Below, piece after piece: positions 23,801 to 33,476 of a stretch of DNA of 64,000 nucleotides (within the stretch, counting starts at the first letter, position 1; each line of letters starts with the position of its first letter). A program made the position numbers and the translations under genes. Origin of the DNA: Monocercomonoides exilis PA203 (taxonomy: Eukaryota; Protista; Preaxostyla). The stretch is taken from the NCBI GenBank assembly GCA_001643675.2, contig LSRY02000043.1, positions 124,001-188,000 on the forward strand, given 5' to 3'. The notes beneath the pieces are model-generated. The model saw only the letters and a list, made by a program, of their open reading frames with translations, had not been told where the DNA came from and did no database searches.

Positions 23801-26800
23801 TATCGTGTTTTCAGGCAACAAGGCCAGTGTCGGAAGAGATATGTATTTTGTGTGCGAATCATTTGTCGCTTCCGTGAAAGAGCCCTTGTTCTCCTTCATG
23901 AGAAGCATCACTCAAAAAGATAATTCGATTGTTGGACATGATGGAACGCAAATGTTTAGTGATTGGGATGTGAACTTGTTCATATTTCTGGATGGATGCT
24001 TTGCTAACAAGGTGTTTGTGGATGGGAAAGAGGGGATAGAGGAGATGTATTGTGGTCTGGAGAAGGCACCATGTAAGAGCGTAAATTATGGAATGGGTCA
24101 TTTGAAGAGAACACAGAATATAAAGCAGGAAATTGTTTTATGTGCAAATTCATCTTTAACTGGATGTGCAGATGTGAGTGAAATGCATATAAAAGCAAAC
24201 AGGGAAGAAGTTATAAGCATCGAATGCCAAAGAGATGTTAGTGGATATGAAGAATTCATTTTAAAATCAGAATCGCTAACAGAAATGAAGTTCATTGGGA
24301 TTGTTGTTCCATCATGTTTCAGCAGAACAATCACATCAGTGATTGAATCGAGCACTCAAAATGGCGAGTTGCACATGAAGAACTGTGAGATGAGTGTTTT
24401 TGGAGGGAAGGAAAACACGATTGGATTTTTCTTAATCAAATTGACAGGAAAGATAGTTGAACTGGATTCTGTCACGATTTTAAATGTGAAATCAACAGTC
24501 TCGTTGTTTTCAATTTCACTTTCCTCAGCAAATATGAATGAACAGGAATACAAAGTGAAGCTGTTGAATTGCACATTGGAAGGATTGGAGATTGATAGCG
24601 AAACAGCAGTTGAAAGAATAGCAGCAGTGTTTGGAGGGAGCATAGGCGTTGGAATGGTGATGAATGGAAGCAAGATAGAAGGGGCAATTTCAAAGAAGAG
24701 CAAAGAAGGAGGAGCATTAAAAAATAAATTGAATGAAGGAGGATATGTGACAATTCAAAAGAGCTCATTTGTTGGATGTGTTTGTGAGAATGAGAACAAC
24801 GGAGGAAAGGGGGGAGGGATATATTTGGATTGCCATGCTTGCTCCAATGGGAAGCCATTTCTTTTTGAAAACGTTTCATTTGCAAACAACAATGCAGCCA
24901 TTGGAAAGAATGTGTTCATTTTGGGAAAGGATTTTAATTCTTCTGTGACAAATACTTCGTTCAACTTTGATTATTCATCAATGATTAATGATAAAACTCT
25001 GTTTGTTGGGAGTGATAGCTATCATTCAAACAAAGATTTATTCATGTTCCTCGTTCCATACAGCTCCTTTGAGATATTTATCTCATCTGAAGGATTTGAT
25101 GTTGCACGTTGTGGAAGTGAGGAGGAGCCATGCTTAACAATGTGGAAAGGGATGAAAAACATGAAAAAGGAGATTGGAACGAAAACAATTCAGATTGAAG
25201 GATCAATTTTGATTCGAGATTCATTCAATGTTTCCAATTATCAGATCAAAAAGGATGTGAAGATGGGAGATGAAGAAACAAAAGCAACTTTGAATTTTGA
25301 AAAGGCAATTGGAAACAAATTGGAATGTTTCATGGGAAATGAAATTCACCTTGAATTGACAAATATCCAACTGCAACTGTCATTTGGATTTGACAACTCA
25401 GCCAAAACGATTATTTCAAACAAAGGTGGAGATTTGGTGATAATTGGATGTTCATTCCATTCAGAAGCGGGAGTGAACAATGGATTTGATTGTGTATTTG
25501 TGGATGTGATTGGAGGCAGTGTGGAAGTGAATGGTTTGTCGATGGATTCATGCAATGTTGGAAACAGTATTTTTGTCATTCATGATTCTGAAGTTTCTTG
25601 CAATTTGGAGAATGTTCGAGTGAAATCGTTGAATGAAAGTGGAGGTTGCTTTTTGTCAATCAAGAAATCTGAACCAGGAATGAAGATAAATGGAGAAAAT
25701 GAAGAAGGAATAAATCTTGTGATTGAGAAATCATCATTTTCGGGAGTGAAAAGGAGCGACAATGGAGCGAGTATTTTGGAATCAAAGAGTGAGAAAAAGA
25801 TTTGTTTTGTTGTGAATGCGAGCAACATTACAGGAGACAAAGCAGAAACAAGTGAAAAAGGAGGGGCAATATTCTTCACATTGTGTGCATCAGGATCAAT
25901 GAAGATGATTGACTCAACAATCAGTCAATGCAGCTGCAGTATTAGTTCAGGGAGAGGAGGAGGAGTATATTTGGCAACAAAGGAAAGAGGAGATTTGAAT
26001 TTCACATTTGTGGGAATGAAGTTCAGTGAGAACAGCGCAAGTGTTGGAAAAGACATTTTCATTGAATGCTTCAACATCACATCCCAGATCAATGAAAGCC
26101 AATTCCAGTTTGATCTTCGAGAAGGCTATTACGATCGTTTCAACGCGATATTTGGAAGAGATATGTGCGATCATTCAGGTGACACAGATTTGATCAGATT
26201 TGTGACGATTCTTCAGAGTGACACAATCATTGTATGCAGTGTGAATGGATCGGATGAGAGGCAATGCGGAACAAACACACTTCCATGTTATTCGATTGAA
26301 CATGGATTAGTGCATCTGACCTCAGATATTCTGAGTCTGATATTCGTTATTGAAGAGAGTTTGATTGGTGATGAGATAAATCTGAACGAGATGAGTTTGA
26401 GTTCGAAAAGCAGAGATTTGTGTAAAGTTGAAATAAAATCGAACATTGGAAAAGCAAAGAATTCTTTGATTTCAACAATCGGAACAGTTTCCTTTTTGAG
26501 AGTGCGATTTGTATTTGATTCAAATTCCATCTCTTCACATGAATCATTGATGTCACCAGAAGGCGGAATTCTTGAAATTATGAATTGTTCATTCACAACA
26601 AAACAATTTATGGAAAAAGGAAATATGGCTTTTGCGAGCATTCCATTTCACATTATAAATATGGAAAAAGGAGAATTACAACTTGATGGATGCACAATAT
26701 CAAATCTCATTCTTCATGAATCTGCATTATTTCTTTCATCTTTTCTTCCATCAGTTATTGATTCATTATCAATTTGCAATTCAACAATTTCAAAATCTCT

Positions 26801-29126
26801 ATTGGATATAAATGAATGTGGACAATTAACAATAAAGGATTTCAAAACAGAAAATATCACTGTTGAAGGAAATGAAGAATCATTGATATCGTGCTTATCA
26901 ATGAAAAAGACGATGAAATTGACAAATTTCACAATGGGTGGAGTGAGATCAAAGACCACAAAAGGGAAATTGATGAAAGTGGAGGATTGCACAGATGTGA
27001 AAATGGACGGTTGCATTTTCGATAGGAGTTCAAATGAAAGAAATGATCAGTCTTTGAATGAAAAAGAAGAGATGTGCAGATGGGATGGATCTCTTGTGGA
27101 TGTTGTGAAGAGTTCTGTTTTGATGAAAGACATAACAATCTCAAATTCACCAGAAGGTGGAATAACAATGAGTGGAGGGAATGTGAAGATTGAGAAAGGA
27201 GAGTTTTTGAATAATAATCCATCAATTGAGGGATATCCATCAGCAAGAAGGAATGTGATATGCACAGGAAACGGGGAGTTGAATATTGTGAGTTTGAAAG
27301 GAGGAGATGGATTAGAGAGAAATACATCACTCTGGATGTTGAATGAAGGGTGTAGTTTTGAAGGGATTGTTTCCGAAAGGGATTCATCATTCTTCATTCC
27401 AGTATTGGAGAGTGTCGAGGCAAAAGAAACAACAGACAGAATGAAACTGACATTCAAAGGATCGCTTTTAATTCCATGCAATCTGTCATTCGCAGTTGTG
27501 AAGAGAAAAGGAGAAGAAAAAGAGATTGAAAAATATGATTTTGATAGAAATGGGTTTTTGTCAGAAAGAGAAGTTGAAGGAAGCGTTGCGAAAGATATTA
27601 TCAGCAATTGTGGAGATGAAATAGAAGTGAGTGTTTGTGTTTTGTTTGGAAGCCCAAATGCTACAGCATCGACAGTACAATTTCCTTTGAAGAACAGGAG
27701 CGAGATTGCGCAAAAAGAAGATGAAAGAATCGTTGAAAAAGGAAAAGAAGGAAAATCATATTTGTTATTGATTGTTTGCGTTGTGGTTGTTGTAATACTG
27801 CTTGTGGTCATAATTGTTCTGGTTGTTCGGTGGAAGAAAGTGAAGGAAAGAAAAGAGGAATTGGAAAAGATTGTGAATGACAACATCAGAAAGGATCCAA
27901 AAGCGTTTGAGATGGTGACGATGGAGATGGCACCTGAGGAGCGGTGGAGGAGAGCTGGAGGGGAGGTTGAGAAGATGAATGAAGAGAATGGAAAGAAGAG
28001 AGTGTATGAGAAAAGCTTGGAACATTCAGAGTCGTCAGAGCATCTTCTATCTGAGAGTGGTTCCACAGAATATATTCTTGGAAAGGATTCAGACAAGATT
28101 CCAGAATGGGCATTGGAGGAGGTGGACGAGAAGGAGTGGGAGGAAGAGATTCAAAAGAGATTGCCATCACCTTCCATTTCGTCAACAGACACTGAAACCA
28201 CATTTGTTCGAGGGGAGGATCTGTGCCCCACCACCTCATCGATGTCGAATTTGGTGGATGCGATGGCGTGCTCGTCTCCCCATGAGAAGCTGATTGTGGA
28301 TCTGCGTGATTCGCTGTTCATGTTGTTGCATGGGAGGAATGAGAAGAAGGAGATGGCAATTGGCTCGTTGAAAGAAAGAGAGGTGACAGGAGCGCAGATC
28401 CTGTTCTGGGTGGCGAATGGGGCACTCCACTCGTTTGATGAAATGAGCAATCCTCTTTCGTCTCTTGCCAACCTCAGTCCTCACATTGTATTATTCTCGG
28501 AGCACATGGTTATCTGCATTGCCCTCCACTCCGACTGTTCTTCCTCCGATGATTCGGACTCATCATCCATCTCATCATCGACTGTTGTGACATCCGCCAG
28601 CGATGATGATGATGATTCTCTGCCATCATCAGCGTTTGAGGAGGAGGATGATTTCAAAAAAGAGTGTCTGAGGTGGAAGGCACCAGAGCTGCTGATGAAC
28701 AAGAACATGGGGGCAACAAAGGAGTCGGTGGCATTCTCGATTGGGATGATGCTGTGGGAGTGCCTGACGCTGGAGGTGCCGTTTGGGGAGTATGCGGCAG
28801 AGGTGGCGGGGCAGAAGATCAAAGATGGGGAGAGGCCGGATGTGTCGAGGGTGTGTGAGTCGTCGGTGAGGGAGCTGGTGGGGAGGTGTGTGTGCGAGAA
28901 AGTGGGGAACAGGCCATCTCTGGATGAGATAAAGCGGGAGACGTTCAAGCATTTTGTGGGAGGGGTAGTGGTGATGACGATGTCGGATGCAGTTGGGGTT
29001 GGGGCTGAGGAGGAGTCGAGGTGTGTGAGAGAAGAAGGGAGTGGCAGCACAAAGAAGGAAAGGAGCAGGGAAGAGGCAGCAGACAGGGCGAAGGATGAAG
29101 GGACAGAGCAGCAAATGAGTCAATGA
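20895..29126 (+). CDS. Giant receptor-like protein: signal peptide, beta-helix-like ectodomain with four CGxxxxPC modules, TM helix, pseudokinase tail
   Basis: Intronless 2743-aa ORF with N-terminal MRASFNVVIFLSLAVNC and GGA(L/I/V) and FxxN motifs. The last ~684 aa are identical to the 11542 ORF. Confidence 0.9.
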   Translation: MRASFNVVIFLSLAVNCEYDKGFVEKKMLQKMNEEIQKGNINNEGKNDANKNIFGIQKEVIRNISVFHICCARTSLNAINTSLCVTQLNIIPLTGCPLLTAKHHSAASICSSTCTIHPPSLTNNHHHHHCPLFLSAHASLALTNFSLITHQPAIFSFPLFSTPNNLLHNAHSPIPASFSISHSSFSSFISLVQPFLFSPSSLSSPSPSPSPSLSPSLSSFSSSSSSSSFSSPSPSISPSISSSPSSSPLHDHRQSHPHLQIHLNLHLSNTIFSNISSSQSPLSLPSLPSHSLNPLISTTSTTFSASTSTNINTNSIPSFSLHSSLFIRSSIFLHTHNPIDGAILPNLNNPSTSLSAFNTSFLHQTRSSPNDAVVHVGTESQRKSLGRLATFDENDHRFEWCEWNDSNSGGRNGGALFVVCTNANLTVASCLFRNCSTNGEAGALCCGQLLKISTAKSNFTNCSAASGGAVASWGPQSNSVWTFSKNRVKSCKITGWCGTGWYFNMYYFPENGQFLFSECYCRANTGGDSAGSLTFHYPPGSNPSQFMVNDCQFVNNKLTASSTYGGAALCCTKTCDWMNEKKFITFCFFDGNTAINGRGNDVFFNGSSITQSPFENCGSTTTTQRVWNNNTADNTVFNGWLPLFAQNKIVANNGTNSDACGRPQQTPCATIEYALTGFISHLQDASLTLLNSTFVPTQTLTFSAIDTKISGNGTTATTIASSGIPQPQNSHSHSSQSTSSFSSFSSLSSSSISSSPDPSASSALFQQTQGSLTVSALAIAHNSSNQITPILFHLSDNSPSLNLNTTTITGTTPSSSSITTPLFFLTAGSLALNHTAITSLTLNSQSIFHLTSLTNPLTLNSSNITHITSTATPASCVLSSATSPALSLFLANCTITSINSEQLSQQTATNGGCISFASSAPANTFSVSNTNFSTCSVSEDTSSGGRGGALMIEYKDDSEVSSTTFSITNIVFSGNKASVGRDMYFVCESFVASVKEPLFSFMRSITQKDNSIVGHDGTQMFSDWDVNLFIFLDGCFANKVFVDGKEGIEEMYCGLEKAPCKSVNYGMGHLKRTQNIKQEIVLCANSSLTGCADVSEMHIKANREEVISIECQRDVSGYEEFILKSESLTEMKFIGIVVPSCFSRTITSVIESSTQNGELHMKNCEMSVFGGKENTIGFFLIKLTGKIVELDSVTILNVKSTVSLFSISLSSANMNEQEYKVKLLNCTLEGLEIDSETAVERIAAVFGGSIGVGMVMNGSKIEGAISKKSKEGGALKNKLNEGGYVTIQKSSFVGCVCENENNGGKGGGIYLDCHACSNGKPFLFENVSFANNNAAIGKNVFILGKDFNSSVTNTSFNFDYSSMINDKTLFVGSDSYHSNKDLFMFLVPYSSFEIFISSEGFDVARCGSEEEPCLTMWKGMKNMKKEIGTKTIQIEGSILIRDSFNVSNYQIKKDVKMGDEETKATLNFEKAIGNKLECFMGNEIHLELTNIQLQLSFGFDNSAKTIISNKGGDLVIIGCSFHSEAGVNNGFDCVFVDVIGGSVEVNGLSMDSCNVGNSIFVIHDSEVSCNLENVRVKSLNESGGCFLSIKKSEPGMKINGENEEGINLVIEKSSFSGVKRSDNGASILESKSEKKICFVVNASNITGDKAETSEKGGAIFFTLCASGSMKMIDSTISQCSCSISSGRGGGVYLATKERGDLNFTFVGMKFSENSASVGKDIFIECFNITSQINESQFQFDLREGYYDRFNAIFGRDMCDHSGDTDLIRFVTILQSDTIIVCSVNGSDERQCGTNTLPCYSIEHGLVHLTSDILSLIFVIEESLIGDEINLNEMSLSSKSRDLCKVEIKSNIGKAKNSLISTIGTVSFLRVRFVFDSNSISSHESLMSPEGGILEIMNCSFTTKQFMEKGNMAFASIPFHIINMEKGELQLDGCTISNLILHESALFLSSFLPSVIDSLSICNSTISKSLLDINECGQLTIKDFKTENITVEGNEESLISCLSMKKTMKLTNFTMGGVRSKTTKGKLMKVEDCTDVKMDGCIFDRSSNERNDQSLNEKEEMCRWDGSLVDVVKSSVLMKDITISNSPEGGITMSGGNVKIEKGEFLNNNPSIEGYPSARRNVICTGNGELNIVSLKGGDGLERNTSLWMLNEGCSFEGIVSERDSSFFIPVLESVEAKETTDRMKLTFKGSLLIPCNLSFAVVKRKGEEKEIEKYDFDRNGFLSEREVEGSVAKDIISNCGDEIEVSVCVLFGSPNATASTVQFPLKNRSEIAQKEDERIVEKGKEGKSYLLLIVCVVVVVILLVVIIVLVVRWKKVKERKEELEKIVNDNIRKDPKAFEMVTMEMAPEERWRRAGGEVEKMNEENGKKRVYEKSLEHSESSEHLLSESGSTEYILGKDSDKIPEWALEEVDEKEWEEEIQKRLPSPSISSTDTETTFVRGEDLCPTTSSMSNLVDAMACSSPHEKLIVDLRDSLFMLLHGRNEKKEMAIGSLKEREVTGAQILFWVANGALHSFDEMSNPLSSLANLSPHIVLFSEHMVICIALHSDCSSSDDSDSSSISSSTVVTSASDDDDDSLPSSAFEEEDDFKKECLRWKAPELLMNKNMGATKESVAFSIGMMLWECLTLEVPFGEYAAEVAGQKIKDGERPDVSRVCESSVRELVGRCVCEKVGNRPSLDEIKRETFKHFVGGVVVMTMSDAVGVGAEEESRCVREEGSGSTKKERSREEAADRAKDEGTEQQMSQ

Positions 29127-29695
29127 GCAAATTGTGTGCAGAGCATGTTCCTCAGAGGTTGTTGAGCTTGTGGAGAGATGTGAGAATGTGAGGTTGCTGA
29201 AGATTGAACGAGTTTCGATTATGTTGGCAACTGTCAGGAAGAGGAAACACAGAAGGGTTGGAGTTGTGGGCACATTGCGAATGGGTGTTGGCTGGCTGCT
29301 TGGATTGCGTTGGCTGAACACCCTGTGATGTGCAAGGGCTGATGAATATGTATTGTTTGTATGTATTTTGTTTGCATGTATTTTGTTTGCATGTATTTTG
29401 CTATGTGTATTTATAATTGCATCTGTAACCCTTCATTGATTTTTCTTCAAACTTTCATTGTGTGAGTGGAAGTGTGATTTTGGAGAGATGCCTCATGTGT
29501 GTATGTATTTGTTTTTTTCAATGTATTTTTTGAGTTCAACTGTCATTTTCAAAAACAATATATAATCAACTATTTTCTTGTTCTTTTTTTTTTCCTTTTT
29601 TGAAAATGCCAATGAGAAAAATCTTGTTCTTGAACAGTAAATTAACATTGTCCCTATTTCTGATTGAGCTTTCATAAATATGTGAAACTCTTTGA
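27073..29695. repeat. Right arm of the 2,623-bp inverted repeat
   Basis: Reverse complement of 10973-13595; covers the 3' coding region plus about 570 nt downstream of the stop. Confidence 0.97.
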
Positions 29696-29790
29696 TGAAA
29701 AGGAATTCATCATTTCAAATACTTAATGAAATCATTAGAACCAGGAATTGTTGTGCTGTTCTTTTTTTCTAGAAAAACAAAAATAGAAAT

Positions 29791-29791
<1 letters not shown>

Positions 29792-29832
<41 letters not shown>
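29792..29832 (+). repeat. 41-nt poly(A) tract
   Basis: Directly visible homopolymer. Confidence 0.95.
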
Positions 29833-29833
<1 letters not shown>

Positions 29834-30308
29834 GATACAGGGTTTCTTTTTCGGCCGACACTCATGCCAAAAAATTTCCTTGTAGCAAAGGCCTAGATCA
29901 AAGAGATAACAAACTAGCTTAAAAGTGCTCTTAAAACTTACAAGTGTAAATTTTGATTTTTGATTGAAAAAATTTTCTTTTTGATCACATTTTTAATTAT
30001 TCTTTCTTTGATTTTTTTAAAAAAAATTTGACTCGCATGCATTATTTTTAAAATAACTAGAATTCAAGAATGATAAACATCCTCAAAATCTTATGCACTG
30101 AAAACATCTTTTTGAAGATTAAAAACATAGAACAAACGAAACAAACCAAAATGAAACACCGATGTTGAGTGTTCATATGCTATTCTTTTTGTTCGGTGCA
30201 GCAGCGTGCTTGTTTTTAATGTCAATGTTAAAAATGGACTATTTTGAAAGTAATAATATAATTTAAACATTTCATACGATGGGATCGATCAGGAAATTTT
30301 TTTTTGTT

Positions 30309-30899
30309 ATGCAAATTGGTATTGTTCCAACTGACGAAGCAGTTGCAAAATTTAACGAATTCAAATTTGCTCACAAGTTGTATTTCGTTATTTACAAGAT
30401 TCAAGGTGATAAAGACATTGTCATTGATGTTGAAGGAGAAAAAGGCAAAACTTTTGCTGTTTGTGGAATGATTTCATAATTTTAATGATGACTTGCTTTC
30501 ATTTTTCTTTTAACCACTTTATTTTAAAAATTTTATTTTGATTGCTCAACAAACTAGGATTTGAAAGCTGCACTTCCTGAAAATGAGCCAAGATATATTA
30601 TTGTAAATCACGATTATGCAGTTGACACCACAACAAGAACAAAAATATTCCTGATTTTATATACTCCTTCAACAACACCAGTTCGAAAGCGTATGCTTTA
30701 TGCATCAGCAAAAAGTGCCATCAAATCGGCATTCACCGGAATTCAAAATGATCTTGATGTATGTTTTTGTGACCTTTTTTAAATGTTATTAGTGATCGTT
30801 CATTTTTTTGTGATAATCAAAAAATTAACATGAATTTATCTGTAGGTTGATGAATCATTCCGTGAAGAGGATTTGACTGAGAAAGCCACTCGAGTGTAA
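30309..30899 (+). CDS. Actin-depolymerising factor/cofilin (3 exons)
   Basis: Exon translations include FNEFKFAHKLYFVIYKI, LPENEPRY and KIFLILYTPSTTPVRKRMLYASAK, which is the ADF-H signature. Introns at about 30459-30557 and 30759-30845. Confidence 0.93.
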
Positions 30900-31241
30900 T
30901 TTGAGTGAACATCTCCATTCTTCAGCATGTTACTAACGAAAATCAATAACTAGATTTGCACTTTTGCTTATTATTTACGTGCAGCATATCACATTTTGTT
31001 GAAAAGCTAAATAGAAGGATTTGTGAACATATTTATGTATTGTTAATGAAAGTTAAGCATCAACTTTTATACAAAAAATTCAATGAAAATTTCCAAAAAT
31101 TACTAAAAATTAAGAAATGAAATTTATTTTAAATAATATTTTGGCTATGTGGAATTAATATGGAAGACGAAATGGCTTATTTCATTTTTTGCTGATCGAA
31201 ATAATAATTTATAATCATAAATTATATTGTGAGTATTTTTG

Positions 31242-32388
31242 ATGATTTCCTCGATTTTGTCGATATTGAGTGTTGTTCAAAATATCTATGCTAATGCTAC
31301 CATTGAGTTGACAACAGAATCATTTAAAAAGGATGTTCTTGGGAACGATAATACATATTTTGTGAGTTTGTATTTTTTCTTGATTTTTCAGTGTTTGTTC
31401 GTATTTTGACTTTGTTTCAGTGTTCTATATGACAAATTGTGAACCATGTCATGACATGATGCCTCAACTTGAAAAATTAGCGAAAAACATGAAAGCTATT
31501 GGTATAAAGGTTGGCCAAATAAATCTGGATAATTACCCGGAGATTGCAACGACATACCAATGCACACAGGTTCCAAAACTTCTTTTGTTTAGGCCAAACA
31601 AAGAACCTTTGGAATACGCAAAGGAACGTTCTGCAAAGGCCATGGGAAAGTTTATAAACGATAATCAACTTGGGCAAAAGCAAATAACTCTTTTAAGCAA
31701 TGATAAAATTCTTGATAAATTCTTTAACGCATCAGCTAAGATACCTCGTGTTTTACTATTTTCTTCAAAGTCTACAATTCCACCAATGTTCAAACAGTTA
31801 TGCTACAAGCATCGAAGAGGAGTTATGTGTGGTTATTCAAATGAACAAGATGATAATGTTGAAAAAGTCTGGGAAAGAGTGAAAAATCTACAAGACGAAG
31901 ACGATGAGATTATTGAAGAATTTGAAGCTAAAGAAAAACAAAAAGCTGATCAGCCGGAAGAACCAAAGGGAGAAAAATTAGAAAACACAGAAGAGCAGGA
32001 GACCCAAGAAGAACCCGAGGAAAAAGGGTTTTTGGTTGAATATCCAACAGTATTTTTCTTGGACTGGAGAGCGAACAAGGGAAAAGAGAAAAAAGGCAAT
32101 GGAACAGAATCAGGAGAAATGAAAAGGAGGATTGTTAGATATAACGGGAAAATCAATTTTGCTGAAGTGCACAAGCGTGTTCTTGAGTTTGCTCTTGTTA
32201 AGCCGAAGGAGGATATGGAAGCAGAACGGTTGGCCGAGCAGAAAAGACGACAGCAGGCTGACAGAGAGCGAGTTAGAGAAGAGAGAAAGAAAAGACAGGA
32301 ATTAAAGGACAAGAAAAAGGCAGCAAGGAAAGACAAAAAGAATAAAAAAGCTCAAAGAAAGAGAGAGGAAGAAGATGACGAACTTTAG
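31242..32388 (+). CDS. Thioredoxin-fold (PDI-like) ER protein with signal peptide, CEPC motif and C-terminal DDEL
   Basis: MISSILSILSVVQNIYA... leads into LTTESFKKDV...YFVMFYMTNCEPC after removing intron 31366-31420. It also has the ERSAKAM motif and ends EEEDDEL*. Confidence 0.85.
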
Positions 32389-32582
32389 ATGAATTAATCA
32401 AAAAAAATAAAATAAAAAATAAAATAAAAAATAAAAAAGTTAAAAATGAATTTCCATAGACATTTATTTCATGTTTTTATTAAATACATTTTCCTATAAT
32501 TGCGTGAGTTATTAATTTTTTGTGTAAACCTTCAAAAAATAAAAAATCGATCTTTGAGCACCCATTTTTATAAGAACTGATA

Positions 32583-33277
32583 ATGAGTAATAAACCAATT
32601 CCAAGAACACTTGATCAAGTAAGAGAAAAGCTACCAGTTTGTAATACTTTCAATATTTCATATTTATTTGAGCGAATATATTTTTTAATGTTTTTACCAA
32701 GGTCTCGCTTTTACCTTTTCAACTTTTGTTATATTTGGACTATTGTTTCATGATTATAACATTTATCATGATGATTATATTGTTCATTATTAAATGTTTG
32801 ATACCAGATGTGAATTTCCGTTTTTTATAAAAATTTGTAGACAATATTATTCCTTTTTCCATTGGTTGGACCTTCGGAGAACCAGTTGTAATCTTTGCAT
32901 ACTTAATAATACAAATTATAAGAATAAAAATTGGTTTTCTTTGTTAAACGATCCTTTTGAATTGATGTATTGCTTTTATCAATTATTCAATGTTTAAGGA
33001 ACAAATGCAAATTTGAAAGAGAGCTTCTTGTCTGCAATTATCTTTCTGATATTGTCCGCAGCGGTTATTGTTAATTATGTATTTTGGCTCATTTGGCAAA
33101 GCGTTATGTTTGGAAATTTTTTTTGCATGTTTTTTTTCCCTAAAAATTTTCACAATTTTGTATTTTTTGATTCCCAGAACAAAATATGATCTTGTCATTG
33201 ATATCCTTGGACTAATAATAACTTCAGGAGAAGTACTTCTATCTATCTTGCTCGTTATCCTTATGATTCACAGATGA
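32583..33277 (+). CDS. TMEM17/TMEM216-family ciliary transition-zone membrane protein (multi-exon)
   Basis: Exon pieces SLLPFQLLLYLD, GTNANLKES...FWLIWQSVI and TKYDLVIDILGLII match the TMEM17/216 pattern (SxPLQILLY, GxxGNLxE, WQTYVLxxE). Confidence 0.65.
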
Positions 33278-33476
33278 AACAGTGTTGAGCAGAATTTTCA
33301 TTATTGGGAATCTTAAATGAAATAGCGAAAAATTCTTTTTGAATGCCCTTACAAACTTATGATAGATGATCTTTCCTTTTGGAAAAAAAGTAGATATTTG
33401 AATTTTTCTTGGTGTTGAAGAAAAAAATTTCGAATTACGCTTTTTGGATCAAGCGAACTGAGTTTTATTGCTTTTT

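Noticed and set aside
10973-29695. DNA transposon with 2.6-kb terminal inverted repeats
   Set aside because: The arms are gene 3' ends; no transposase, integrase or target-site duplication seen.
29831-29840. AACGATACAG match to U6 snRNA
   Set aside because: Not followed by the invariant ACAGAGA box and AGC triad; likely chance.
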